Notes under the pieces: model-generated | Database searches by the model: none | What the model was told of the DNA's origin: nothing | The model's input: only the letters and a program-made list of their open reading frames with translations | Virus record (IMG/VR): IMGVR_UViG_3300036766_000988 | Span: 186,001 to 250,000 of that record | Reading direction: 5' to 3' (one strand) | DNA: 64,000 bases | In this document: positions 9,571-19,024 of the stretch, in pieces | Numbering within the stretch: the stretch's first letter is position 1 | Layout of the letters: the number at the start of each line of letters is the position of its first letter | Made by a program: the position numbers and the translations under genes

Positions 9571-10547
9571 CCCACCTCCGCTCGTGCGCGTTCCAGATAG
9601 TCCTTGGCGAGGTCGCGTACATCGGTTGCGAAGTCGAGCGCCGCTAGGTTGTCTTCGATCGACTTGGTTGCATCGAAGGTGGTGCTCGCTTGCAACGCCC
9701 CGATGAACTGGTCAATGTTCGTGTCCTCTTTCTCTTGCCGCTCTTTGCGTTCTAGGTCGAAGACATCCTCGGCAGGCGCAACGATGAGAGGGAGAGGGAC
9801 GACCCGAATCCCTGACGGGTCGGCTTCGATGTACGCGACCTTGGGCGTTCGATGGAGGTTCTCACGTACGAGAGCCCCTCGTGAGACAGCCCCGAGGTTG
9901 ACGAACTGCTGCGTACCAATCTCGACGATCCCTTGATCTTTGTGCCAGTGTCCGAAGCACCAGACATCCGGACCATCCTCCGACACGAGATCGGCGTAGT
10001 CGAAAACAGGTTCCCCAAAGAAGTCCTCGACACTTGCGGGAGGGCTATCCCCAGCGAGCGCATGAACGACTGCTACCAAGAACGTGTCCCCCGGTTTCTT
10101 CTTGATCGCCCGCAAATCCGCCAGCGTGCGGAAGGGGCTGTAGGGCATCCCCACCACACGAACTTGGAGCTGCCCATCCGAAAAGACGTGTTCCGTCATC
10201 TGAATGAACACCTCGGATGCGAGCAGAACTCCAAGGGGCTGGCGTTCTAGCGTCTCAAGGTTGTTGTACGAGATATCATGGTTGCCTGGGACCGTGAGGG
10301 TCGGGCAACGGTAGCCTCGATGGATTTTGGCGCTCTGCACGACGAGCGAATGAGGATTCCTACTGGCGCTCTTGATGTGGAAGTAGTCCCCTCCGTCCAG
10401 TACCGCGTCCGCATCGTACTCCTTGGCGTACTTGCCGATCTGAATGAGGTTGTCCCAAATCTCGGCTGCGTAGTCGCCTTTCCACGACGCTGGATTCCGA
10501 TCACAGACGTGCGTGTCGGTACGGTAGATGAACGATAGACGAGGCAT
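9567..10547 (-). CDS. SbcD/Mre11-like metallophosphoesterase nuclease
   Basis: TDTH, GGD, GNHD, GHWH motifs. Confidence 0.88.
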   Translation of the reverse strand: MPRLSFIYRTDTHVCDRNPASWKGDYAAEIWDNLIQIGKYAKEYDADAVLDGGDYFHIKSASRNPHSLVVQSAKIHRGYRCPTLTVPGNHDISYNNLETLERQPLGVLLASEVFIQMTEHVFSDGQLQVRVVGMPYSPFRTLADLRAIKKKPGDTFLVAVVHALAGDSPPASVEDFFGEPVFDYADLVSEDGPDVWCFGHWHKDQGIVEIGTQQFVNLGAVSRGALVRENLHRTPKVAYIEADPSGIRVVPLPLIVAPAEDVFDLERKERQEKEDTNIDQFIGALQASTTFDATKSIEDNLAALDFATDVRDLAKDYLERARAEVG

Positions 10548-10559
10548 TTTCAGGGCCCA

Positions 10560-11918
10560 CTACACCCGCTGCTCGTGTCCCCCGGCATGAAAAGGCTGGG
10601 TACACGTTGGGCAAACTCCGAGGGCATCCCACTCGGCCTGGATGGCAACTCCATCGGTCTCGATCCCACGGTATTGATCCGTGAGAGTCGCCACTAGGGT
10701 GGTGAGTGCTTGATATCTTCTAGCAAGCCCCTCCAGACCTTCGAATGTTCTCGATGTCTCCGAGAGCTTCTCTGGCAACAGGGCGGACCCATTTGCTTCG
10801 ATCACCTCGTACAACTCGGTAAGAGCTGTCATCAAGCGTGTCACAGCTTGGTACCGCACTGCTAGTCGTTCGAGGCTTTCGTAGGACTCCAAGGATTCGG
10901 AGAGCTTTCCCGGTGCCAGCTCGGGGGAGGCATCGAGGGCCTTCGTACGCTCCAACCACGCCTTGAAGATACGAAGCTTGGCGATCCACCCCTCCAATGC
11001 CTCGAAGGTGGCTGCATGCGAACGCAGGGAATCTGGTTCGGGGGCAGAAACCGTCTCGATGGCTTGCAAAGCTTGAACGGCGGTCACGCGCTCGGTCCAC
11101 TGGGTGAGAAACCGAATCATCTGCGCGTGATTCTTCGACACGTCCGCAAGGGGGTTTGAATCAGGAGCTTGAAGGGCCATCACCGCTTCGAGGGCTGCCA
11201 CATGCTGCCCAAGAGCCGCCGCCCGTTCTAGGAACTTCTCGATGTTGAGGAGCTTCGTTTCTGCTGCCTCAACACTATCGAGCTGATCCTCAATATCCCG
11301 TACATTGGCTAGCGCCGTGTCCAGCCCATCGAAAAGGACAACCCTCCTGGTGAGGTCTGCGATGTCTTGTTCCCGCACTTTACGGGTCGAGGAGGCCTCT
11401 TTACGATCCTTCTCGGAGAGCCGGGTCGCGATGTTCACCCGATCCAGGTGGGCCACATCCGAGAGTACGTCAGCGACAACCCCGCCCGTCTGGTTCAAGA
11501 GGAAGATGGGATCGAACTGGTCCGCTACCTGTAGTAGTTCCTTGTCTTCGCCGATCTTCACCAAGGAGTAGATCGGCTGCAAGAAATCTGGGGTTCCACG
11601 TTCGGCCTTATCGTAGACCTTGCCATTGAACGTGTAACGGTTGATGGCGTCGCCCTTCTCCCAGAGGAGATCGAACGTCTCCGATCGGAGATGCACGGAG
11701 CAAAAGCACTTGCAGGTCTTGGCGCTCTTGACCTTCCTCGGACAGTCGGGAGAGTGGCGAACAAAAGAGGTCGAAGGCGCTCCCGTGAGGGCAGCTTTCA
11801 CTGCCCTCACGACCGCCGACTTACCGATGTTGCTACGCCCCACCAGGGCGGTGAAGCCCTGGATTTGAATTGCAGCGTGCTCAATCGACTGGAAGTTTCG
11901 AACCTCTACGTCGATCAC
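10560..11918 (-). CDS. SbcC/Rad50-like ATPase, N-terminal half ending at zinc hook
   Basis: VRNFQSI, Walker A GRSNIGKS, long coiled coil, terminal CPTC. Confidence 0.85.
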   Translation of the reverse strand: MIDVEVRNFQSIEHAAIQIQGFTALVGRSNIGKSAVVRAVKAALTGAPSTSFVRHSPDCPRKVKSAKTCKCFCSVHLRSETFDLLWEKGDAINRYTFNGKVYDKAERGTPDFLQPIYSLVKIGEDKELLQVADQFDPIFLLNQTGGVVADVLSDVAHLDRVNIATRLSEKDRKEASSTRKVREQDIADLTRRVVLFDGLDTALANVRDIEDQLDSVEAAETKLLNIEKFLERAAALGQHVAALEAVMALQAPDSNPLADVSKNHAQMIRFLTQWTERVTAVQALQAIETVSAPEPDSLRSHAATFEALEGWIAKLRIFKAWLERTKALDASPELAPGKLSESLESYESLERLAVRYQAVTRLMTALTELYEVIEANGSALLPEKLSETSRTFEGLEGLARRYQALTTLVATLTDQYRGIETDGVAIQAEWDALGVCPTCTQPFHAGGHEQRV

Positions 11919-13486
11919 CCCGCATCCCCGTCCCCATCTCCATCGAGAGCGCTGAGATCGGCCGCATCTTCCGCGTCGATCACCGTCTCGGAGGGCTTGG
12001 CCTCTGTCCCTTCCTCGTCGTCACCGAAGGCATCAGACAGATCTTCGAGGATCGCGTCCTCTGCGGACAGCTCCTCATCCGAGATGGCAGTCGGAGCTTG
12101 CGCGATGAGGGCTTCGGAAACCTGGGCCTTCACCTCTTCGAAGACTGCGGTATTGGAGAGCAGGTACGCGCGGAACTTGTCTCGGCTCTGGATGCGTTCG
12201 TTGCCGTACGAGTAGTACGCCCCATCCCGCTTGACGACTCCCGTGGCGACCCCCGACTCGATGACCGAATAGATGTCGTCCACACCGTAGCCATAGCGAA
12301 TGAAGATGTTCGCCGAGTGCCCTTGCTTTGCGTCGGCCTTCGACTTCACCATCTTGATCGCAGTGACGTTGCCATAGGGGAACTTCTTCTTCTTGCCTGT
12401 GGCCATGTCCTTGCGCTCGATCATCTCCGACGAGATACGAGCGAGCCGCAGACGAACGTAGGCGAAGTACTTGAGAGCCTTGCCGCCCGCCGTGTTGGGC
12501 TCGGGGGCACCGTGACCACCGCCCGTCGAAATCGTAGCGCGTTCCTGATTGAGGAAGATGAGGGCCGTGCCCTTGGCGTCCTTGCGGGGCTTCTTGTTCT
12601 CGCCCGTCCCTTCCATCGGGTGCTTCATGAGCCAGAGAGCGAACTTGGGTAGGGTCTCGCTCATCTTCTTTGCGACGGCGCCGATCTTGGCCACATCGTC
12701 GATCTTCTTCTCCAGCTCGTCCTTCGGGACCATGGCGGCGATGGAGTCGACGATGATGAGATCGACTCCAGATGCGATGCCGACGAACATCGCCTTGAAG
12801 CCCTCTTCCATCGTATCGGGAGCAGCGAGCGTCCACGTGTCGTCGAATTTGACCCCGATCTGCTTTGCGTACCCGTGGTGGATGGCGTGCTCGAAGTCGA
12901 GGTACAGAACGGAACCTCCACGGCGCTGCACATCGGCCGCAGCCGCAAGAGCCACCGTGGTCTTACCGCTCGACTCAGGTCCGTAGATCTCGGTGATCTT
13001 CCGACGCGGGTAACCCGGGCATACAGAGCCCTTGCCGTCTTGGGTCTTCGATCCTCCGATGAGGTTGTTGATGATGATCGACCCCGACGGTACGTGGGCC
13101 ATCGTGCTCATTGCCGTCTCGACCGGCTTGATACCGATCTTGTTGAGCATCGAACGCATGAGCGAAGCGGTCTGAGAACCCTGCGATGCAGAAGTCTTGA
13201 CGGTCTTCGCTGCGGGTTTGGCTGCGGGCTTGGCAACCGCAGGAGGCGCCGCCACAGGTTTGGCTGCCACAGGCGTGGCAACAGCGGTCTTGGCCGCCAC
13301 GGGCTTGGGAGGAAGCTCCTTCAGAGCTTCGGGCTTTGCCGCACTGGTCTTCTTCGCGTAGCAGGCTTCACACTCAAGCCGTAGCCCATCTTTGGCTCTC
13401 TTGTCTGGGCCGAACGGCCCAGAGCCCCCACATGCTGTGCAGGTCTTCGTTGCAGTGCTGTCCGTGTTCTTGGGATCGATAGTCAT
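11915..13486 (-). CDS. recA: RecA recombinase with N-terminal zinc ribbon and Pro/Ala/Lys linker
   Basis: EIYGPESSGKTT, IVDSIAA, IFLNQER, GGKALKYFAYVR; acidic tail. Confidence 0.92.
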   Translation of the reverse strand: MTIDPKNTDSTATKTCTACGGSGPFGPDKRAKDGLRLECEACYAKKTSAAKPEALKELPPKPVAAKTAVATPVAAKPVAAPPAVAKPAAKPAAKTVKTSASQGSQTASLMRSMLNKIGIKPVETAMSTMAHVPSGSIIINNLIGGSKTQDGKGSVCPGYPRRKITEIYGPESSGKTTVALAAAADVQRRGGSVLYLDFEHAIHHGYAKQIGVKFDDTWTLAAPDTMEEGFKAMFVGIASGVDLIIVDSIAAMVPKDELEKKIDDVAKIGAVAKKMSETLPKFALWLMKHPMEGTGENKKPRKDAKGTALIFLNQERATISTGGGHGAPEPNTAGGKALKYFAYVRLRLARISSEMIERKDMATGKKKKFPYGNVTAIKMVKSKADAKQGHSANIFIRYGYGVDDIYSVIESGVATGVVKRDGAYYSYGNERIQSRDKFRAYLLSNTAVFEEVKAQVSEALIAQAPTAISDEELSAEDAILEDLSDAFGDDEEGTEAKPSETVIDAEDAADLSALDGDGDGDAG

Positions 13487-14139
13487 GAGGTACCATCCAT
13501 CAATTTGGAAAACCGATAGAATCGAGAGTTCTCTTTGAAGATCGCCCCACAATACACCGTCTCGCCTGCCCGTTCCCCTCTCTTGAGAGTGCGTACCTTC
13601 GCGAATGCTCGATACTCGGACGGTGTGAGGTCGTCGTTGGTGATCTTCTCGTCGAGGCGTAGGAAGAACCGCGCAGCAAACCTCGCCACGTGGTAAGCGT
13701 CCGCCTCATTGTGGTTGAACCGGCCCGTGATACCCGTATCGACTTTCGCTGCCGCTACCATGTCGGCTTTGAACATCTTGCCTTTACGGGCCTTCGGATC
13801 GAGCTTCGCTAGCATCTTCACAGTGCCGGGGTCGAAGTACACGACATCCTTGCGGTGCGTGTAGACCACCTCGTTTGTGTAGACGAAAAGCGCGTAGGCA
13901 CCGGGCGACCATTGCTCGCCGTAAACCGGGGATTCGATGCCTATACACTCGACTTCAGGATGATCCGCGAGGAGCTTCGTCAGCATGTCGCGAAAGTCCA
14001 TGTACCGTTTGACGAAGACCGTTTTGGCCGACGTCGAGAACAGGCCTTTCGCTAGAATGCGTGCGGGTCCCTCGGCCTCCGAATCATGAATGCACCAGCC
14101 GTAGCCAGTGATCGATGGGTCGAATCCAAGTGAGATCAT
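13483..14139 (-). CDS. RuvC-like Holliday junction resolvase
   Basis: LGFDPSITGYG, IGIE, NEADAY. Confidence 0.8.
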   Translation of the reverse strand: MISLGFDPSITGYGWCIHDSEAEGPARILAKGLFSTSAKTVFVKRYMDFRDMLTKLLADHPEVECIGIESPVYGEQWSPGAYALFVYTNEVVYTHRKDVVYFDPGTVKMLAKLDPKARKGKMFKADMVAAAKVDTGITGRFNHNEADAYHVARFAARFFLRLDEKITNDDLTPSEYRAFAKVRTLKRGERAGETVYCGAIFKENSRFYRFSKLMDGTS

Positions 14140-14145
14140 GGCGTG

Positions 14146-14181
14146 AGAAAGGCGGGCCCAGCTACCCGAGCCCGCCTTTCT
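14146..14181 (-). terminator. probable intrinsic terminator after the ssb-like gene
   Basis: 12-bp inverted repeat AGAAAGGCGGGC/GCCCGCCTTTCT, 13 nt downstream of stop. Confidence 0.6.
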
Positions 14182-14194
14182 TGGCCTCTACGGC

Positions 14195-15088
14195 TCAGAC
14201 CTGATCGAGGAGGTCGGTGAAGTCCCCGCCCGACGCTGCATCAGCGCCGACCGACGAGACAGCCGAACCACCCATGCCGAGCTTCGCTCGAAGCTGATCG
14301 GTCGTCATCTCGCGGAACGGGATGAGCTTGTCGTAGAAGGGCATCGCCTTCGCGAGCACCATGTTGCGGAACTTCTCGTGCTTCTGCCAGATGGCCGCGC
14401 CGACGAACGACACGTCGATGTTCTGGTACTGGGCATCCTTGCATTCGAGCTTGATGTCCTGCGAGTGGATCCCCATGCCGTTGCTCTTGAGCCCGGCATT
14501 GAGCTTCCAGATGTTCTCGTAGGTCTTCTTGCCGAAGCGCCACGGCATGATCCGCCAGTCGGTCGTGAGACGCGGCTTCTCGTTCTCCGTGATGTCCCCA
14601 CGAGCATCCGTCGGGTAGAGGATGAGGAGCGTCGTGAAGTAGAGCTTCGGCTCCGCGATCTTCTTCCAGACCGCATCGGCCTCGGGCCCATCTTTGCCGA
14701 GCCGGTTGACGACGAAGCCCAGGCCTGCCTGGTACGAACCCCAGAGCTTCTTCATCTTGACCTCACTGAGGTCGAGACGATCCATCTCCGTGAGCTGATC
14801 GACGGCCTTGACCGGCGTGAGCTGCGCTGCCCGCTCTTCGAGCACCTTGCGAGCGATGCCCCGGATGACCTCCGGCGTGAGCTTCTCGCTCTTCTTCGCA
14901 GCCTCGGCCATCACCTTCGTGACGGCGTTCTTGTCGATCGTGTGGAAGTACACGAAGGCGCCCCGTAGGCACTGGCCCTTCGTCATCTTCAGCCACTCCT
15001 GACGCGGCTGTAGGAACTGCTTCCCGTCCTCGTCGAGCCCCACATCGGACTCGTCCATCGTGTATTCGGTGCTGAAAGGATCACTCAT
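14195..15088 (-). CDS. probable single-stranded DNA-binding protein (phage type)
   Basis: Context beside recA/ruvC; acidic-hydrophobic tail GGDFTDLLDQV; strong codon bias; GGAG RBS. Confidence 0.55.
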   Translation of the reverse strand: MSDPFSTEYTMDESDVGLDEDGKQFLQPRQEWLKMTKGQCLRGAFVYFHTIDKNAVTKVMAEAAKKSEKLTPEVIRGIARKVLEERAAQLTPVKAVDQLTEMDRLDLSEVKMKKLWGSYQAGLGFVVNRLGKDGPEADAVWKKIAEPKLYFTTLLILYPTDARGDITENEKPRLTTDWRIMPWRFGKKTYENIWKLNAGLKSNGMGIHSQDIKLECKDAQYQNIDVSFVGAAIWQKHEKFRNMVLAKAMPFYDKLIPFREMTTDQLRAKLGMGGSAVSSVGADAASGGDFTDLLDQV

Positions 15089-15149
15089 GACTTCTTCTCC
15101 TGGGGCTTCCCGAGACACACAGTTCCATTTATGGGGGTGGCCGGGTTTA

Positions 15150-15239
15150 GCCGTTGATGCGTACAACGGCAGGCCCACCTTTGCGTAGTCTACGGACTGG
15201 GGGGGCCAAGTCCTTCGACGAATGCTGGTGGGCCTGCCG
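15150..15239 (-). promoter_or_regulatory. structured 5' leader of ssb-like gene
   Basis: 13-bp stem 15227-15239/15167-15179; competing hairpin 15150-15170. Confidence 0.55.
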
Positions 15240-15270
15240 AGCGCGCACTACACCGAGGTATCGAAAGAAA

Positions 15271-16098
15271 TCAGAGATTGTCGAAGACGTCGTTGAAATC
15301 TTCCGTCGAGGGGTGTCCGGAGGGCGTATCAAGGAAATCGCGCACTTTAGCGTCGTCGTCGGCCTCTTGGGTCGCTTCCGCTTCAGGCTGCGAGGGGATT
15401 TCTTGAACGGGCTCGGGAGTAGGCTCTGGGGTGGATTCTGGGGAGGCTTCCTGGATGGCCTCAGAAGGAAGCTCTGGCGGGTCTTGGGCCTGTAGCTCTT
15501 GTGCCGTTTGCTCAGTTTCGAGCATGGCTGCGATCTCGTCTTCATTGACGTCATCGCCATCGAGCCCGAGAGGCCCCTTACCACTGCCGTTCGACTGCCT
15601 TTCGTGCCCAAACTGCCGCTCGTCGCCGTACATGGCACCGGAATCGATCTCGTCCCGGATAAGGGACCGTTGGAGCTTGATCTCGCTCATGGTCGAGGTC
15701 AGTTCCTTGTGCCGGTGCCGGACTGCCTTCTCGACGTACTCCAGGTCTTGTAGCTCGGCCTTGAGAGCAGTGATGGCGTTCAGGCTATCGCGTAGGATGA
15801 CGTTTGCCGTCGCCTTACGGTCCTCGATAGAGGGTAGGCGCCGGACCCGTTCGTCGTTGGCTAGAATCTCGACGAACGAGACTTCATGAGACGCTTCCTG
15901 GGCTCGCAACGCCCTCGATACGTCTTGCTTCTCTCGGTGGACTTCGATCTGAATGCGGCTCACCGCATTCAGAAAATTGCGGCATTCCGCGATGGTGTTC
16001 TGTAGGTACAGCGGCCCTAGTGAACGAGGGTCGGCTGCTAACCGGATCTCGTACTGCGTGATCTCGGTATAGATCTCTTTGACCCTCTCGATTTTCAC
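15271..16098 (-). CDS. helical/coiled-coil protein, possibly UvsY-like recombination mediator
   Basis: Helical N-terminal region plus acidic Pro/Glu tail; context only. Confidence 0.45.
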   Translation of the reverse strand: MKIERVKEIYTEITQYEIRLAADPRSLGPLYLQNTIAECRNFLNAVSRIQIEVHREKQDVSRALRAQEASHEVSFVEILANDERVRRLPSIEDRKATANVILRDSLNAITALKAELQDLEYVEKAVRHRHKELTSTMSEIKLQRSLIRDEIDSGAMYGDERQFGHERQSNGSGKGPLGLDGDDVNEDEIAAMLETEQTAQELQAQDPPELPSEAIQEASPESTPEPTPEPVQEIPSQPEAEATQEADDDAKVRDFLDTPSGHPSTEDFNDVFDNL

Positions 16099-16535
16099 TT
16101 GGCCTCACCCTCGCCGTTGCCGTTCCCATTGGAGCCGTTGTCCTGAAGCATCCGTGCGATGCCGTCGTCGTACGAGCCAAGGATCGCCCGCATCTCCTCA
16201 AGGGCCACCGCCTTCGGGGTGATTCCTCGCCGCATGACGTCTTCGTAGGTCGCCGCAACGACGTGCTTCGCGAGCAGGCTACGGATGAGCTTTACGTCTC
16301 TGGGAGCGAACCCGAGCGACTGCTTTTCCTCACCCATCGTCGGGATCTCAGCTCCCGTTCCACGGGACGCCGTGACCGAGTAGAACGCCGACTTCTTCCG
16401 ACCCGCAGGGTCACGATCCTCTATCGAGAAGGACACCGTGAGCTTGTCGAATTGGATGCTATCTTGGAGCTTCTTCAACCGCTCCGACTGTTCCGGCGTG
16501 AGGTTGCTCAGGGGGCTCTTTTTCTGCTCGTTCAT
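16095..16535 (-). CDS. hypothetical protein
   Basis: 146-aa ORF; GGTGTAT 9 nt upstream. Confidence 0.7.
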   Translation of the reverse strand: MNEQKKSPLSNLTPEQSERLKKLQDSIQFDKLTVSFSIEDRDPAGRKKSAFYSVTASRGTGAEIPTMGEEKQSLGFAPRDVKLIRSLLAKHVVAATYEDVMRRGITPKAVALEEMRAILGSYDDGIARMLQDNGSNGNGNGEGEAK

Positions 16536-18744
16536 GGCTCTTCAATACACCGGAAGTTGCTTGAATTGCTTCTGAAACGGCACGTCCGAAGGCCGTGTTT
16601 CGCTGCACTACCTTGTCGTTTGCAATAGCGGCTTGAACCGATGCGGGGTCGCCTAAAAGCCAGCACTTCTTCTTCGCACGGGTGACGGCAGTGTAGAAGA
16701 GGTTACGCTGCCGCATCCTTCCGTACGCCCTAACGAGTGGAAAGATGATCGTGTCGAACTCGGACCCTTGGCTCTTGTGTACGGTGATCGCATACGCAAG
16801 CCGGACCGTCTCGATGGCTTTGCTTTTGGGGATTCGGACGGGCATGTCCACCCCATCGAAACCGTGGATGCCGATCACGAGATCTTCACGGCCAATCGCT
16901 CGTATTTTCCCCATGTCGCCGTTGTAGACGTTCAGCTCGTAATCGTTCTTGGTGATCATCACTCGATCCCCAAGTCGGAAGTGGATCTTTCCGGCCTTCC
17001 ATTCGGCACTCCCTACATCGGGGTTGAGAGCCTCCCGCAACCGGTTGTTGAGGTTCGTGACCCCCACCACCCCATCGTACTTCGGGGAGAGCACTTGGAA
17101 GTTGGCGTCTCGGCTCTTGAGCTTTTCGGCCATCTTCACGATGAGGTCGCAAAGCATGCTTTCATCGGGGCAGTTGATGAACTGGAAATCCGATGTAGAG
17201 GGGCGAGCCTCAAGCGAGAGAGCTTCACCTCGGTTGATCCGGTGGCTCACCTGGACGATTTCGCTCTGCAACGCTTGCCGGAAGATCTGCGTGAGTCGAA
17301 CATGGGGAACCGTGTCACACGCGATGAGTTCCCGAAGTACGTTACCAGGGCCCACGGAGGGGAGCTGCGCATCGTCTCCGACGAGCACCAACATGGTGCT
17401 TGGATGTAGAGCATCGAGGAGCCGGTAGAACAGCTCCTGATCGACCATTGACATCTCGTCTACGATGACGGCCCCAACGGGGAACTTGTTGTAGCTGTTG
17501 AAGCCCCACCGGTCGCCCGTGTACCCCAGGGTTCGGTGGATGGTGGCCGCGTCCGAGCCCGTGACGGCCGCTAGACGCTTGGCAGCGATGCCTGTGGGGG
17601 CCATGAGGAGGTGGGTGACCCCTGTGGCCTTGAAGAGGCGTACGAACGTCTTCACGAGGGTGGTTTTGCCGGTCCCAGGAAGGCCGGTGAGAACCAGGAC
17701 CCGGTTGTCCACCAACAGCCGAACGCCGTCCCGTTGGGCATCCGATAGCTCGATGGCATGACCCTTCTCGTACTCCGCTAGAAATACAGCGAGATCGATG
17801 TCGAGCTTTGAAGGCTTCACGAAGCTGGCCAGCTTGGTCGCCCCATCACGCTCGAAACGGTAGAACTCGGGGAGGTAGACCCCTGCCTCCATGTCGAGCA
17901 CAAGAGCCTTGCTTGCGACGAGCCTATCGACAGCGTCCATGAGCGCCTTGAACATGTCATCTTGTTCGAAGGGCTCGATGTCTTCTTGCTGCATCATCTC
18001 GTCGAGTAGGGTCGGTAGATCCCCACGCCGGATGTAGAGGTGCCCTTGTTGGGCCTCTTGGCGAAGGATCCAGAGCACCGCTCCCTCGATGCGTCGAACG
18101 TCATTGGGAAGAATGCCGATCCGATGGGCTACTCTGTCTGCCCTGGCGAACGTGAATCCCTCGACCGCGATGAGGCGGTACGGGTTCTGTCCGATGATGT
18201 TGGTAGCTTCGAGCCCGAACGCCGCGAAGATCACTTTCACGATGTTCGAGTTGATGTCGTAATCCTGGAGGAAGACCGAGAGCGCGGAGAGGGAACACGC
18301 CGACTGCCATCCCATGATCGCTCGGTCCAACGTCATCCGCTTCGGATCTTCATCCGTGAAAAGACGCCGCAACTCGTCGGGGGCGTTCGATAGCTTGTCG
18401 TAGGCATCGAGCCCATAGAGGGTCACGAGGAGCTTCACCATCTCGGGATCCTCGAATCCCGATAGACAGTACGAGAGGAACCGCTCGACATCCGGCACTG
18501 TTTTCGCGTAGGGCTTCCATCCGAACGGCCGTACCTGTTTGCCGTACTTCGGATGCTCAACCCATTCCCCCACGATCCCTAGCGGGACACCCGACTTCAC
18601 TTGCACGAGTCCACTCAGGGAACCAGAGACCATGACTGTCTTCGAACGTGTCGCGGGCTCCGCTGCTTCGACACTCATTTCGAAGACTGCGAACCCTTCG
18701 TTCTGATGACGAATGTTCAGAACACGTCCGAAGAAGGTAGCCAC
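16459..18744 (-). CDS. recD2: RecD2-like SF1B helicase
   Basis: GLPGTGKTT, IVDEMSMVD, GDDAQLPSVGPG, YAITVHKSQGSEF; N-terminal HhH region. Confidence 0.9.
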   Translation of the reverse strand: MATFFGRVLNIRHQNEGFAVFEMSVEAAEPATRSKTVMVSGSLSGLVQVKSGVPLGIVGEWVEHPKYGKQVRPFGWKPYAKTVPDVERFLSYCLSGFEDPEMVKLLVTLYGLDAYDKLSNAPDELRRLFTDEDPKRMTLDRAIMGWQSACSLSALSVFLQDYDINSNIVKVIFAAFGLEATNIIGQNPYRLIAVEGFTFARADRVAHRIGILPNDVRRIEGAVLWILRQEAQQGHLYIRRGDLPTLLDEMMQQEDIEPFEQDDMFKALMDAVDRLVASKALVLDMEAGVYLPEFYRFERDGATKLASFVKPSKLDIDLAVFLAEYEKGHAIELSDAQRDGVRLLVDNRVLVLTGLPGTGKTTLVKTFVRLFKATGVTHLLMAPTGIAAKRLAAVTGSDAATIHRTLGYTGDRWGFNSYNKFPVGAVIVDEMSMVDQELFYRLLDALHPSTMLVLVGDDAQLPSVGPGNVLRELIACDTVPHVRLTQIFRQALQSEIVQVSHRINRGEALSLEARPSTSDFQFINCPDESMLCDLIVKMAEKLKSRDANFQVLSPKYDGVVGVTNLNNRLREALNPDVGSAEWKAGKIHFRLGDRVMITKNDYELNVYNGDMGKIRAIGREDLVIGIHGFDGVDMPVRIPKSKAIETVRLAYAITVHKSQGSEFDTIIFPLVRAYGRMRQRNLFYTAVTRAKKKCWLLGDPASVQAAIANDKVVQRNTAFGRAVSEAIQATSGVLKSHERAEKEPPEQPHAGTVGAVEEAPR

Positions 18745-18745
18745 G

Positions 18746-19024
18746 TCAGACCTCGCTCAAGTTGTCGGCACGGAACTCATCGATCGAGTGTCCGCCCATC
18801 TGCCAGAGAGCACCCTGGATAAAGCAGAGCCAGCGCACCGCCTTGTCGGGGTTCGCCACTGCGTTGTTCTTCGCTTCGATGACCATCCAGTAGAGATGCC
18901 CTAGGCTTTCGGCCTGAGAGGGATTGCGGCCATCGACCGGGAATCGAAACGGTCGGACCCCAGGCCTGAGTTCGAAGATAGCCGCGTAGCGATTGAGTGC
19001 TTTGATGATTTGGTCTGCGGTCAT
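18746..19024 (-). CDS. hypothetical protein
   Basis: MTADQIIKAL start with ATGA overlap and GGAG RBS. Confidence 0.65.
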   Translation of the reverse strand: MTADQIIKALNRYAAIFELRPGVRPFRFPVDGRNPSQAESLGHLYWMVIEAKNNAVANPDKAVRWLCFIQGALWQMGGHSIDEFRADNLSEV

